In this document: piece after piece, positions 50,786 to 60,269 of the stretch
Layout of the letters: each line of letters starts with the position of its first letter
How positions within the stretch are numbered: the stretch's first letter is position 1
Assembly (NCBI GenBank): GCA_944386675.1
Contig: CALXBY010000002.1
Span: 8,298 to 72,297 of the forward strand
Source of the DNA: an uncultured Clostridia bacterium
GTDB taxonomy: Bacteria; Bacillota; Clostridia; TANB77; CAG-508
DNA length: 64,000 nucleotides
Reading direction: 5' to 3'
Notes under the pieces: model-generated
Told to the model about the DNA's origin: nothing
Database searches by the model: none
Seen by the model: the letters and a program-made list of their open reading frames with translations, nothing else
Made by a program: the position numbers and the translations under genes

Positions 50786-51538
50786 ATGATTGAAAAGTTA
50801 AAAAGTCTGACCAAAACGAAAAGTTTCCATATTTGTATGATAATGGTTATTATAGTTGTCATTCTATTTATTGTTGGTATGTTGGTTTTAAGATATAGTG
50901 TAGAGGGAGAAACGAATATGCCATTCGAATTAAGTAAAATTGCAATTATTAGTTCTCAAGAAGGAATAGATAATGGAAAAACAGATACTAGATGGTCTTA
51001 TGATGTGCATCAAGCAAATGATATATATTTATATATAGATAAAAATGAAAATTATGATAAAACAGAAATTATAAAATCTATAAATATAGAAAATTTCAAT
51101 ATAGAGGCAAATAATAAAGAAAATATAAAAATATATAAACCAGATACACAAGAAGAAAAAGTTATCTTTAAATATAAAGATGAAGATATTGTACAAAATA
51201 TAGAATATTTAGGAGATGTTGAATCTGATTTAAAGAATTTAAAAGTATCAAATCAGGGAGGTATTATTGCCTTTAGATGTTCAAATAATAATGTAGTAGA
51301 ATATAAATCAAATGACGAAGAAATTAAGCATGATGAATTATTAAAAAAATCAAATGTTACAAACGAGAGCTTACAAATGAAACTTTCTTTTGATTTAATT
51401 ATAAAACTAGAAAGTGGTAAAGAATATCAAGCAAAAATTGAAGTAGAATTGCCAACAAGAAATGTAGTAGAAGAGGGAACGACATCAAGTGAAATTACAG
51501 ACTTAGAAGATATTGTATTTAAAAGAATACATAATTAA
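50786..51538 (+). CDS. Membrane-anchored hypothetical protein
   Basis: Start MIEKLKSL (RBS GGAGGA). It has a single N-terminal TM and a beta-rich-looking extracytoplasmic region. No family recognised. Confidence 0.5.
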   Translation: MIEKLKSLTKTKSFHICMIMVIIVVILFIVGMLVLRYSVEGETNMPFELSKIAIISSQEGIDNGKTDTRWSYDVHQANDIYLYIDKNENYDKTEIIKSINIENFNIEANNKENIKIYKPDTQEEKVIFKYKDEDIVQNIEYLGDVESDLKNLKVSNQGGIIAFRCSNNNVVEYKSNDEEIKHDELLKKSNVTNESLQMKLSFDLIIKLESGKEYQAKIEVELPTRNVVEEGTTSSEITDLEDIVFKRIHN

Positions 51539-51555
51539 TTTTCTATAAATACTAC

Positions 51556-51584
51556 TTGATTAAATATGAAAATCATTATATAAT
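51556..51584 (+). promoter_or_regulatory. Sigma-A promoter of the SRP RNA gene
   Basis: TTGATT (51556-51561), a 17-nt spacer, then TATAAT (51579-51584). Confidence 0.6.
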
Positions 51585-51590
51585 ACAAAT

Positions 51591-51733
51591 GGTATGATAT
51601 TTAATCTTTGTATGGAGAGTATCCAATAAAGACCTATGAATCTTGTCAGGTCCGGAAGGAAGCAGCAATAAGTAGTTTATCTTTATGTGGTATACTTTCC
51701 ATAGAGGGATTAAATTATCAGGACCATTTTTTT
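51591..51733 (+). ncRNA. ffs: Signal recognition particle RNA (small SRP / 4.5S-like long hairpin)
   Basis: Conserved domain IV core GTCAGGTCCGGAAGGAAGCAGC. The arms pair extensively (GGTATGATATTTAATC...GATTAAATTATCAGGACC and TATGGAGAGTATCC...GGTATACTTTCCATAGAGG), followed by a T-run. It lies upstream of dnaX as in Bacillus and Clostridium. The ends are approximate. Confidence 0.75.
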
Positions 51734-51779
51734 ATTGAATAGGAAAAGTGATAGAAGAACATATAAAGGATGTGATAAT

Positions 51780-53420
51780 ATGGGGTACACAGCTCTTTAT
51801 AGAAAATTTAGACCATTAAATTTTTCAGAAATGGTGGGGCAGGAACATATAACTAGAACATTAAAAAATCAAATTATGGCTAACAGAGTAGGACATGCAT
51901 ATTTGTTTAACGGAGGAAGAGGAACAGGAAAAACATCGGCTGCTAAAATCTTAGCAAGGGCTATTAATTGCTTAAATCCAAAAGATGGAGAACCATGTAA
52001 TGAATGTGAGATTTGTAAAGGGGCAATTTCTGGCTCATTAACAGATATCGTTGAAATGGATGCTGCTTCAAATAATAGTGTAGAAGATATAAGGAGCATA
52101 AGAGAAGAAGTTAATTTTTTGCCAACAAAAGCAAAATACAGAGTATATATCATTGATGAGGTACATATGTTATCAACAGGGGCTTTTAATGCTTTATTAA
52201 AAACATTAGAAGAACCACCAGAACATGTAAAATTTATATTAGCAACAACAGAGCCACAAAAATTACCAGCAACCATTCTTTCTAGATGTCAACGATTTGA
52301 CTTTAAAAAAATATCTAATCAAGACATAATAAAAAGATTAGAAATTGTATGTAAAGAAAGTAATATAGAAATAACAAAAGAAGCACTAAACATTATTGCA
52401 ACACTATCAGAGGGAGCTATGAGAGATGCTTTATCTATTTTAGAAAGATGTATTCAAGATGGAGAAAACCAAATAGATGAGGATAAAATTAAAGATTTAG
52501 TAGGAATCCCTAAGATGATATTTGTTCATGATATCGTAAAAGCCATTATTGAATATGATGTAGATAAAGCATTAATAACAGTTAATAAAGTACTAGATGA
52601 CGGAAAAGATATTTCAAATTTTTTGTGGGAAATTATAAAATATGTAAAAGATATATTATTATATAAAGCAACAAAAAATGTAGAATTATATAGTGAAGAG
52701 GAAAAACAGAAAATAAAAGAAATTTCAGAATTTGTTGAAAAAGATAGATTAATTAATTTAGTATATGCTTTTTCAGAATTAGAAAATGAAATGAAATTTT
52801 CTACACAAAAAACAATTATTTTTCAAGCAGGCATTATAAAATTGTGTAGTAAATTGGTTTCTTCAGATAATAGTAATTTAGAGCAAAGAGTAGATAAGAT
52901 AGAAAAATATTTAAGAACTCATAGTGTAAATACAAATTATATGCAAACAGCTCAAACAAATCCCAATAATACAGAAATTAAAATGGCATATGCTATAAAC
53001 ACAAATACAACACAAAATGTAAATAAAAATACAGAAAAAGTGGTAGACAACAGGAAAGAAACAACAAATAAATTAACATCTTATTCAAATAAAGTAGAAG
53101 AATATTGGCCACAAATTGTAAAAGATTTAAAACAAAATGGAAAAATTGTATTATACACAAATCTTATGAATACAAGAGCTAGAGAAATTAATGATATGAC
53201 TGTTGGAATAGAATTTCCAAATGGACTTACTGCATTTGGTAGAACAGTTTTAGAAAAACAAGAAAATATAAAAGAAATATCAAATTTAGTATCAATGGCT
53301 TCTGGAAAGCCAATGAATATAAAATATATCACAAATGTAGGAAATATGCAGGAAACAGAAGAAAAAAATATTAAGCGTATAGCAAAAGAATCAGATATAC
53401 CTTTTAATGTAATAGAATAA
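51780..53420 (+). CDS. dnaX: DNA polymerase III subunit gamma/tau
   Basis: Start MGYTALYRKFRP. Walker A GGRGTGKTS, Zn module CNECEIC, SRC motif (LSRCQRF). Confidence 0.94.
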   Translation: MGYTALYRKFRPLNFSEMVGQEHITRTLKNQIMANRVGHAYLFNGGRGTGKTSAAKILARAINCLNPKDGEPCNECEICKGAISGSLTDIVEMDAASNNSVEDIRSIREEVNFLPTKAKYRVYIIDEVHMLSTGAFNALLKTLEEPPEHVKFILATTEPQKLPATILSRCQRFDFKKISNQDIIKRLEIVCKESNIEITKEALNIIATLSEGAMRDALSILERCIQDGENQIDEDKIKDLVGIPKMIFVHDIVKAIIEYDVDKALITVNKVLDDGKDISNFLWEIIKYVKDILLYKATKNVELYSEEEKQKIKEISEFVEKDRLINLVYAFSELENEMKFSTQKTIIFQAGIIKLCSKLVSSDNSNLEQRVDKIEKYLRTHSVNTNYMQTAQTNPNNTEIKMAYAINTNTTQNVNKNTEKVVDNRKETTNKLTSYSNKVEEYWPQIVKDLKQNGKIVLYTNLMNTRAREINDMTVGIEFPNGLTAFGRTVLEKQENIKEISNLVSMASGKPMNIKYITNVGNMQETEEKNIKRIAKESDIPFNVIE

Positions 53421-53450
53421 TAAAAATTTTTAAGAAAGGAATGTGAGAAA

Positions 53451-53795
53451 ATGGCAAAAAGAGGTGGATTCCCAGGAGGTATGGGAGGATTTGGAGGCAT
53501 GAATATTAATAGCCTAATGAAAGAAGCAAAAAAAATGCAAGCAGATATGGAGAAATCTCAAGCAGAATTAGCAAGTAAAGATTTTGAAGCAACAGCAGGT
53601 GGAGGAGCAATATCTGTAAAAGTATCAGGACAAAAAGTAATTAAAGAAATTAAAATACAAAAAGATGTAGTAGACCCAGATGATGTTGAAATGTTAGAGG
53701 ATTTAATTTTAACATGTGTAAATGAAGCATTAAGAAAAGTAGATAGTGCACAAGCTGACCAACTTGGAAAATTTAATATACCAGGATTCATGTAA
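53451..53795 (+). CDS. ybaB: Nucleoid-associated protein YbaB/EbfC
   Basis: 114 aa, in the dnaX-ybaB-recR order, with the GGGAISVKVSGQ motif. Confidence 0.9.
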   Translation: MAKRGGFPGGMGGFGGMNINSLMKEAKKMQADMEKSQAELASKDFEATAGGGAISVKVSGQKVIKEIKIQKDVVDPDDVEMLEDLILTCVNEALRKVDSAQADQLGKFNIPGFM

Positions 53796-53871
53796 AAATA
53801 AAAGGGATTATAGGATTTTCCGATAATCTCATTTTATTTTTACAAAAAAGAGAAATATTAGGAGGTACAAA

Positions 53872-54471
53872 ATGTCATTATATTCACCATCAATAGAAAA
53901 ATTAATAGAAAGTTTTGAAAAATTACCAAGCATTGGTCATAAAACTGCAGCAAGATTGGCCTTTTATATTTTAAATAGCTCAGAAGAGGAAACAAAAGAA
54001 TTTGTTAATTCTATATTAGAAGCTAAGAAAAATTTAAAATATTGTAGTAAATGTTATAATATTTCAGATACAGACCCTTGCCCAATTTGTAGTAATCCTA
54101 AAAGAGATATATCTTCTATATGTGTAGTTGAAGATGTAAGAGATATCATTGCAATGGAAAAAACGCATGAATTTAAAGGTGTATATCATGTTTTACATGG
54201 TTCAATATCACCAATGAATGGTGTGGGACCTGATGATATAAAAATAAAAGAGTTATTAGCTAGATTGATGGATGGAACAGTAAAAGAAGTTATTCTTGCT
54301 ACAAACCCAAGAGTAGAAGGAGAAGCAACAGCAATGTATTTATCCAAATTAATAAAACCACTAGGAATTAAGGTTACAAGAATTGCACATGGAATTCCAG
54401 TAGGTGGTGATTTGGAATATACAGATGAAATAACACTTACAAAAGCTTTAGAAGGAAGAAGAGAATTATAA
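53872..54471 (+). CDS. recR: Recombination protein RecR
   Basis: 199 aa with an HhH ([14 protein letters not shown]), a C4 zinc finger (CSKC...CPIC) and a Toprim domain. Confidence 0.95.
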   Translation: MSLYSPSIEKLIESFEKLPSIGHKTAARLAFYILNSSEEETKEFVNSILEAKKNLKYCSKCYNISDTDPCPICSNPKRDISSICVVEDVRDIIAMEKTHEFKGVYHVLHGSISPMNGVGPDDIKIKELLARLMDGTVKEVILATNPRVEGEATAMYLSKLIKPLGIKVTRIAHGIPVGGDLEYTDEITLTKALEGRREL

Positions 54472-54483
54472 ATTTACATAAAC

Positions 54484-54512
54484 TTGAAAGAATAATATTT
54501 TTTTGGTATAAT
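54484..54512 (+). promoter_or_regulatory. Sigma-A promoter (extended -10) for the higher-GC small gene
   Basis: TTGAAA (54484-54489), a 17-nt spacer, then TGgTATAAT (-10 at 54507-54512). Confidence 0.55.
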
Positions 54513-54548
54513 ATATATATGCATGTGCGAGCAGAAAGGAAGTGAAAC

Positions 54549-54821
54549 ATGCTAGATTCTGCAAATAGACTCACTATTCCATCAGCTCTTATGGAACAAT
54601 CAAACCTGAAAGGGGAAAAGAAAGTGTACATTACCGTTGAAAATGGTGATATTCATTTTATTCCCTATTCTCAGGGAGCAGAGGGGCATAAGGTCTTTGA
54701 TGTAAGGAGTCTGGATGCGAAGCGAAGGATTACGCTTCCAACTTCGTTTGTAAAGGTTTCTTCTGAATGGGAGGTATATCTTTTGAACGGAGAGATTTGG
54801 GCAACACGGCTGTTGCTCTAA
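54549..54821 (+). CDS. Tandem half-domain AbrB/MazE/MraZ-like protein (90 aa) on a higher-GC insert
   Basis: Two internal repeats: ANRLTIPSALMEQSNLKGEKKVYITVENGDIHFIP and AKRRITLPTSFVKVSSEWEVYLLNGEIWAT. GC is clearly above its neighbours. It has its own promoter and terminator, and an in-frame CGG at 54807-54809. Confidence 0.55.
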   Translation: MLDSANRLTIPSALMEQSNLKGEKKVYITVENGDIHFIPYSQGAEGHKVFDVRSLDAKRRITLPTSFVKVSSEWEVYLLNGEIWATRLLL

Positions 54822-54828
54822 AGAAAAA

Positions 54829-54855
54829 AGCGACACATTTATGTGTCGCTCTTTT
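54829..54855. terminator. Bidirectional terminator hairpin between convergent genes
   Basis: AGCGACACA-ttta-TGTGTCGCT, with an A-run upstream and a T-run downstream. It overlaps the stop of the minus-strand glycosyltransferase. Confidence 0.7.
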
Positions 54856-55975
54856 CTGTTAATAAAATATCGCAAATATTTTTGGTTGAATGTAATTTAG
54901 CTAATTTTTTTGTATTTTCTTTCATACTTTCTAATTTTTCAGGATTAGAAAATAGATTTTTTAAAATATCTTCAACATTATCTTCTTTTTTTATCCATAC
55001 AGCAATACCATTTTGTTCTAAAAATTCTGCATTTTCTTCTTCTTGACCAGGAATAGGGTTAATGATAACCATTGGTAAATGAGAAGCTAAACTTTCAGTT
55101 GTAGTCAATCCTCCAGGCTTTGTGACAACTAAATCAGAAACACTCATAAATTCTGGAACTTGACTTGTATATTCAAAAACAATAATAGAATCATTTCTTT
55201 TATATTTTTCAACTGTTTTTTCAAATGCTAATTTCATTTTTTCATTTTTCCCAGCAATGGCAATTATTTGCATATCTGCACAATATTTAACAAAACCTTC
55301 AAAAATTTCTACGGTTCTTGTTTTTCCTAATCCAAATTCACCACCACCAAAAAACAAGATAGTTTTCTTTTCTGGCTTAAAATTTAATTCTGCAAGTATT
55401 TTTTCCTTATCATATGTTTGTAAAAAACGATTAGATAAAGGAATTCCAGTAGCAAATACTTTTTCTTCTTCAATTCCTTTTGATAGTAAATACGTTTTCA
55501 TTTTTTCATGGGCCACAAAATAGTAGTCAGTAAAATCTGAACCAACTAACCATTGATCATGTGGAGCAAAATCTGTCATAATTGTTGCAATTTTAGCATG
55601 TATTTTTCCTTTTCTTTTTAAATAACTACACATTTGACTACCAAATGGATGTGTAGAAATAATTAAATCAGCATTTTTTTCTCTTAAAAGTTTTAATAAT
55701 TTAATTGCCATAAATTTATTAGAACGACTAGTAATATGTGCAAGAGGACCTTTTTGAGAGTCAGAATAAATTCTTCCCCATGCCCAAGGAGCCTTTTTTG
55801 CCATTTCATTATATGCTTTTGTGGTAACTTTTTCGATAGTTTTATTAACATATTTCATACAGTCGATTAATTCTACATCAATATCATTGTAATTATTTTT
55901 TAAGCATTCATTAATTGATTTAGCAGCATTTAAATGACCTCCACCATAAGATGCATAAAAAATTAAAATTTTCAT
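54839..55975 (-). CDS. ugtP: MGDG-synthase/UgtP-family (GT28) diacylglycerol glycosyltransferase
   Basis: 378 aa with N-terminal KILIFYASYGGGHLNAAKSI and C-terminal KPGGLTTTES. Confidence 0.82.
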   Translation of the reverse strand: MKILIFYASYGGGHLNAAKSINECLKNNYNDIDVELIDCMKYVNKTIEKVTTKAYNEMAKKAPWAWGRIYSDSQKGPLAHITSRSNKFMAIKLLKLLREKNADLIISTHPFGSQMCSYLKRKGKIHAKIATIMTDFAPHDQWLVGSDFTDYYFVAHEKMKTYLLSKGIEEEKVFATGIPLSNRFLQTYDKEKILAELNFKPEKKTILFFGGGEFGLGKTRTVEIFEGFVKYCADMQIIAIAGKNEKMKLAFEKTVEKYKRNDSIIVFEYTSQVPEFMSVSDLVVTKPGGLTTTESLASHLPMVIINPIPGQEEENAEFLEQNGIAVWIKKEDNVEDILKNLFSNPEKLESMKENTKKLAKLHSTKNICDILLTEKSDT

Positions 55976-56096
55976 CTATAATCTCCTTTTATTTTACGTT
56001 TTTTCTCAATTTTAACATAAATGAAATAAAATTTCAAAAAATGGAATAATTTTTTTAAAAAAAGTAAAAATAATTATAAAAACAAGAGGTGGTAGG

Positions 56097-56573
56097 GTGA
56101 AAAAAATTATAAAAATAGTAACAATATTTATTTTATTAACAATAATATTTTTTATGATAGTTCTTTTAGAACAAAAAGATTCTAATCAAAATGTTAGCTA
56201 TGCAGCAACATCTCATACATCAGACATTCAATTAATGGCAAGAGCAATTAATGGAGAAGCAAGAGGAGAGCCATATGAAGGACAAGTAGCAGTTGGAGCT
56301 GTTATATTAAATAGAGTAAAAGATTCTAGATTTCCAAATACAATATCAGGTGTCATCTATCAATCAGGTGCTTTTACCGCAGTAGCAGATGGACAAATAA
56401 ATGCGCCAATAGATGAAAGTTCAAGTGTATATAAAGCAGCACAAGATGCCATGAATGGATGGGATCCAACGGGTGGTTGTGTATATTATTTTAATCCAGA
56501 TACGGCGACAAATAGTTGGATATGGTCAAGACCGCATGTCAAAACAATTGGAAAACATAGATTTTGTAAATAG
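56097..56573 (+). CDS. sleB: SleB/CwlJ-family spore cortex-lytic hydrolase (GTG start)
   Basis: 158 aa with a signal/TM. LMARAINGEARGEPYEGQVAVGAVILNRV...QSGAFTAV is typical of the Hydrolase_2 family. It is followed by ypeB. Confidence 0.85.
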   Translation: MKKIIKIVTIFILLTIIFFMIVLLEQKDSNQNVSYAATSHTSDIQLMARAINGEARGEPYEGQVAVGAVILNRVKDSRFPNTISGVIYQSGAFTAVADGQINAPIDESSSVYKAAQDAMNGWDPTGGCVYYFNPDTATNSWIWSRPHVKTIGKHRFCK

Positions 56574-56676
56574 ATATTAGCTAATTTACTAATTAACCAT
56601 AAGTGAATAGAGAATAGAATTTTAAATTAATAAAAATTTTTATTAATTCAAGGAAAACAAGAAAGGATGAAAAATC

Positions 56677-58050
56677 ATGAATAAATTAATAGAATGGAAA
56701 GAAAGATTAAAAAAAGGACATATGCTTAGTATTATATGTGTTCTTTTAATTATTGTTGCCATATTAGGAATCATATTATATAAAAAACAAAGAGAATATA
56801 GACAAGCTTCTGAAAATTCATATAATATGGCATTTTATGAATTAGTAGATTATGTTCAAAATGTAGAAACGTATTTGGCAAAATCATTAATATCTACAAC
56901 ACCAGAACATGGAGCAGAAACATTAACACATTTATGGAGAGAAGCAAATCTAGCGCAAAGTTATTTAAGTATGTTACCAATAGAAAGTCAGGAACTAGAA
57001 AATACAGAAAAGTTTTTAAATCAAGTAAGTGATTATAGTTATTCTTTATCAAGAAAAAATATATATAATGAAAGCTTAACACAAGAAGATTTAACAAATC
57101 TTGAAGAATTGCATAGCTTTAGCACAGAACTAGAAAATACGTTAAATCAATTATCAGAAGATTTAAATAATGGAAGATTTAAGTGGGGAGAATTAACCAA
57201 AAAGGGAACAGTCGCATTTGCACAACAAGTAGATAATATATCAAAAGAAAGTTTTAGCAATTTAGAAGAGAATTTTCATGAGTATTCTGGATTAATTTAT
57301 GATGGTGCTTATTCAGAACATATGACAAGTACAGAGAAAAAAGGATTAACAGGAGAAGATATAGATGAAAACAAAGCAAAAGAAATTGCAGAGGATTTTA
57401 TAGGAAAAGATAAAATAAAGGAAATATCAAGCTTGGGATTATCTGAAAATGCTACAATTCCTGCATATAGTTTTTCTATAACAGGAAATGAAGATGAAAA
57501 TATAAATATATCAATTTCTCAAAAAGGTGGGCATATTATTTATATGAATACAAATAGAAGTGTCAATTCTGAGATTTTAACACAAGAAGAGGCAACCAAA
57601 AAAGGTAAAGAATTTTTGAGTAGTAAAGGATTTCCTAATATGCAAGAAACCTATTATGTGACACAAGAAGGTGTGACAACAATTAATTATGCCTATATGC
57701 AAGAAGATGTTATTGCATATCCAGATTTAATAAAAGTAAAAGTAGCATTAGATAATGGAGAAATACTAGGAATAGAAACGACAGGTTATTTAAATAATCA
57801 TATCGAAAGAAATATTAGTAATGTACAAATAACAAAAGAAGATGCAAAAAAGAATTTAAATTCTAAATTAGAAATTACAAGTGAAAGAATGGCAATTATA
57901 CCGACCGAGTGGCAAACAGAAATATTATGCTATGAATTTAAAGGGACTGTTGATGACAAACAATTTCTTGTATATATTAATGCAGAAAATGGAAGAGAAG
58001 AAGATATTTTAATCATAACAGAAACAGGAAATGGCGTATTAACAATGTAA
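56677..58050 (+). CDS. ypeB: Germination protein YpeB
   Basis: 457 aa with an N-terminal TM and C-terminal PepSY-like repeats. The sleB-ypeB operon arrangement is conserved. Confidence 0.82.
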   Translation: MNKLIEWKERLKKGHMLSIICVLLIIVAILGIILYKKQREYRQASENSYNMAFYELVDYVQNVETYLAKSLISTTPEHGAETLTHLWREANLAQSYLSMLPIESQELENTEKFLNQVSDYSYSLSRKNIYNESLTQEDLTNLEELHSFSTELENTLNQLSEDLNNGRFKWGELTKKGTVAFAQQVDNISKESFSNLEENFHEYSGLIYDGAYSEHMTSTEKKGLTGEDIDENKAKEIAEDFIGKDKIKEISSLGLSENATIPAYSFSITGNEDENINISISQKGGHIIYMNTNRSVNSEILTQEEATKKGKEFLSSKGFPNMQETYYVTQEGVTTINYAYMQEDVIAYPDLIKVKVALDNGEILGIETTGYLNNHIERNISNVQITKEDAKKNLNSKLEITSERMAIIPTEWQTEILCYEFKGTVDDKQFLVYINAENGREEDILIITETGNGVLTM

Positions 58051-58209
58051 TTATCTACTAGAAGAACATCATAAAGAAAAAGTATCTAATAGGCACCTCT
58101 CAAAATCAAGTTTTGAGATTCTCCTATTAGATACTTTAATTTTTTCTAATATGATTTTATTTGCATTCGTCATTTACAAATTTTTAGTATATAGTATTTT
58201 GAATTTTTA

Positions 58210-59769
58210 CTAATGTCTTTTATAAGTATCTTTAGATAATAATTCTGTACGTACAACTTGTCCATTTTGCTTTAAAATCCTATATGCTTCTGAATAGGTT
58301 GATGTAGCAGTACTTCCAGTAACATAAGAAGAAATTTCTACTTCATATTCATTATTTGTTTTTAAACCATAGATTTCAAATTTAGCAATACCACCAGAAA
58401 CAGAACATACTAATTTTATTGGGTATTCCCTGTTATTTTTAAATTTAAAATCGATTGAACCATATACAACAGTGGCATCACGACTTGCAGTAACATAAGA
58501 AGGTACAAATTGATGATTACTTCTTTCTACAATTTCCAAATTTGCATATAATACAGCATTATACAATGTTGAAGTGATTTGACAAATACCACCACCTAAA
58601 CCATCAACAACTTCACCACTAACATAGATAGGCGCTTCTTTATAGCCTGCGGAAATTGTTCTTTCACCAACTACTTGGTTATATGAGAAGGTTTCACCAG
58701 GCATTAAAACTGTACCATTAATTTTTGAAGCAGCTAATTGTAAATTCGTAGTTCTATCTCTATCTCTAGTAGAATACCTAGTAGAATAAGTTGATAGTAA
58801 ATCAGGAAAAGCTTCTGTACCAATCATATTTGTTGTTACATTTGGATATAAAGTTTTTAAAGGTATAGTATATTCATCTTGTTCTTCTAGTAACATAGAT
58901 TTTGCTTCATCTAAAGAAATAGCAAAATCCAAACCATTTTCAGATGGATAAACAGCATATGGTTCTTGGGTATAATAAGCATCAACAGGTTCTTTATATA
59001 ACTCGTTATAAATTTTATCTATGTTTATTTCAGAAGGCTGTTTTATAACAGTAGCAATTTCTAAAGTTCTATTTTTTAATGTTAAATTTAAAATGCCATT
59101 TTTAATATATGCACACATTTGGTTTACATCAACAACATTACCTTCACTACCTTTGGTAACAATTAAATTACTTCCATCAATATAATATCCACTTTCGATA
59201 ACTGTATCAGGCAATTTGCTTGAAATATCATTTAAAGCAATTTGTAATTGCTCTTCATCTAAGCTTAAGTTAGGTTCTATATCTATATTAGAAATTAAAG
59301 TTTTTAAAGCTGTAAAACCATTTTCAATCATATTGCCAGATTTTCCTATGGAATAGGCTTGATTTACTGCAGAATCAATATCAAAATTTACATTTAGAGC
59401 AGACATAGGAATACTAGTTTCATAATCATTATGTATTAAATTTATATTTTCTGGTAAATTTTCATTTATGTAATTTTGAACTTTTTCTTTTGCTTCATCT
59501 ATAGATAAATTAGAAACATCTATGCCTTTTATATGAATTCCAGAAATGATATTTTCATTTTTATTATTTAAAAAAGCAAAAATAAAAAAAGCAAGCATTA
59601 ATAAAACAATAAAAACAAGTACTAAAATTCCAAAAATACTAGCAATTTCTAGACTGATACTTTTGTTATGAGAAGGATTATAATTTTCAACTGGATGAAA
59701 TATGGTTTTATTATTATCTGTTTCTATACTATGCATATCTTTATCTATTTCTAAATCTTTTATGCTCAT
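58210..59769 (-). CDS. VanW-family protein with N-terminal TM
   Basis: 519 aa with the VanW core GGGICQITSTLYNAVLYANLEIVERSNH. Confidence 0.8.
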   Translation of the reverse strand: MSIKDLEIDKDMHSIETDNNKTIFHPVENYNPSHNKSISLEIASIFGILVLVFIVLLMLAFFIFAFLNNKNENIISGIHIKGIDVSNLSIDEAKEKVQNYINENLPENINLIHNDYETSIPMSALNVNFDIDSAVNQAYSIGKSGNMIENGFTALKTLISNIDIEPNLSLDEEQLQIALNDISSKLPDTVIESGYYIDGSNLIVTKGSEGNVVDVNQMCAYIKNGILNLTLKNRTLEIATVIKQPSEINIDKIYNELYKEPVDAYYTQEPYAVYPSENGLDFAISLDEAKSMLLEEQDEYTIPLKTLYPNVTTNMIGTEAFPDLLSTYSTRYSTRDRDRTTNLQLAASKINGTVLMPGETFSYNQVVGERTISAGYKEAPIYVSGEVVDGLGGGICQITSTLYNAVLYANLEIVERSNHQFVPSYVTASRDATVVYGSIDFKFKNNREYPIKLVCSVSGGIAKFEIYGLKTNNEYEVEISSYVTGSTATSTYSEAYRILKQNGQVVRTELLSKDTYKRH

Positions 59770-59969
59770 AAAATTCTCCTTTTGAAATATGTCTTACATA
59801 TTATATCATATTTAGTCGAAAAAGAATATATGAGATATGTAAAAAATATAAAATAAATAAAGGAAAAAAATAAAAAAATTGCCAAAATAAATTCATCAAA
59901 AAAGAGAATACTAAACATATAAAGTTGTATATACAGTTTTATAATTTTTGAATTTTTTTAGGAGGAAAT

Positions 59970-60143
59970 ATGTCTAGAAATAGTAAGTTAATTTCTGAAA
60001 ATTTAAGAGAAGAAATTGCAAAAGAATTAGGTGTATATGACCAAGTAAAAAAAGACGGAGGAAGCTGGGGAAATGTTTCTTCTAAAGATTGTGGAAACAT
60101 TGTTTCTAAAGCAATAGAAATAGCAAATAGAGCAGTAAAATAG
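59970..60143 (+). CDS. Alpha/beta-type small acid-soluble spore protein
   Basis: Manual translation gives MSRNSKLISENLREEIAKELGVYDQVKKDGGSWGNVSSKDCGNIVSKAIEIANRAVK (57 aa). RBS AGGAGG. Hairpin plus T-run downstream. Confidence 0.85.
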   Translation: MSRNSKLISENLREEIAKELGVYDQVKKDGGSWGNVSSKDCGNIVSKAIEIANRAVK

Positions 60144-60269
60144 TTTTTTATGGTTAGATAAGGCTAAATATAGTTTTATCTAATCTTTTTTATTTGTTAA
60201 ACATGTTGCAAAAAAAATATATTCATCATATAATTTAGAAAATAAAAAGCAAATTAAGAGGTGAAACAA

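Noticed and set aside
51780-53420. Looked for a dnaX programmed -1 frameshift site (A AAA AAG type) producing gamma
   Set aside because: There is no A AAA AAG heptamer with a downstream hairpin at the expected domain III boundary. The only A-runs are near the extreme C-terminus.
54600-54875. 91-aa minus-strand ORF opposite the higher-GC small gene
   Set aside because: It runs through the terminator hairpin. The plus-strand ORF has a promoter, an RBS, an internal repeat structure and a terminator.
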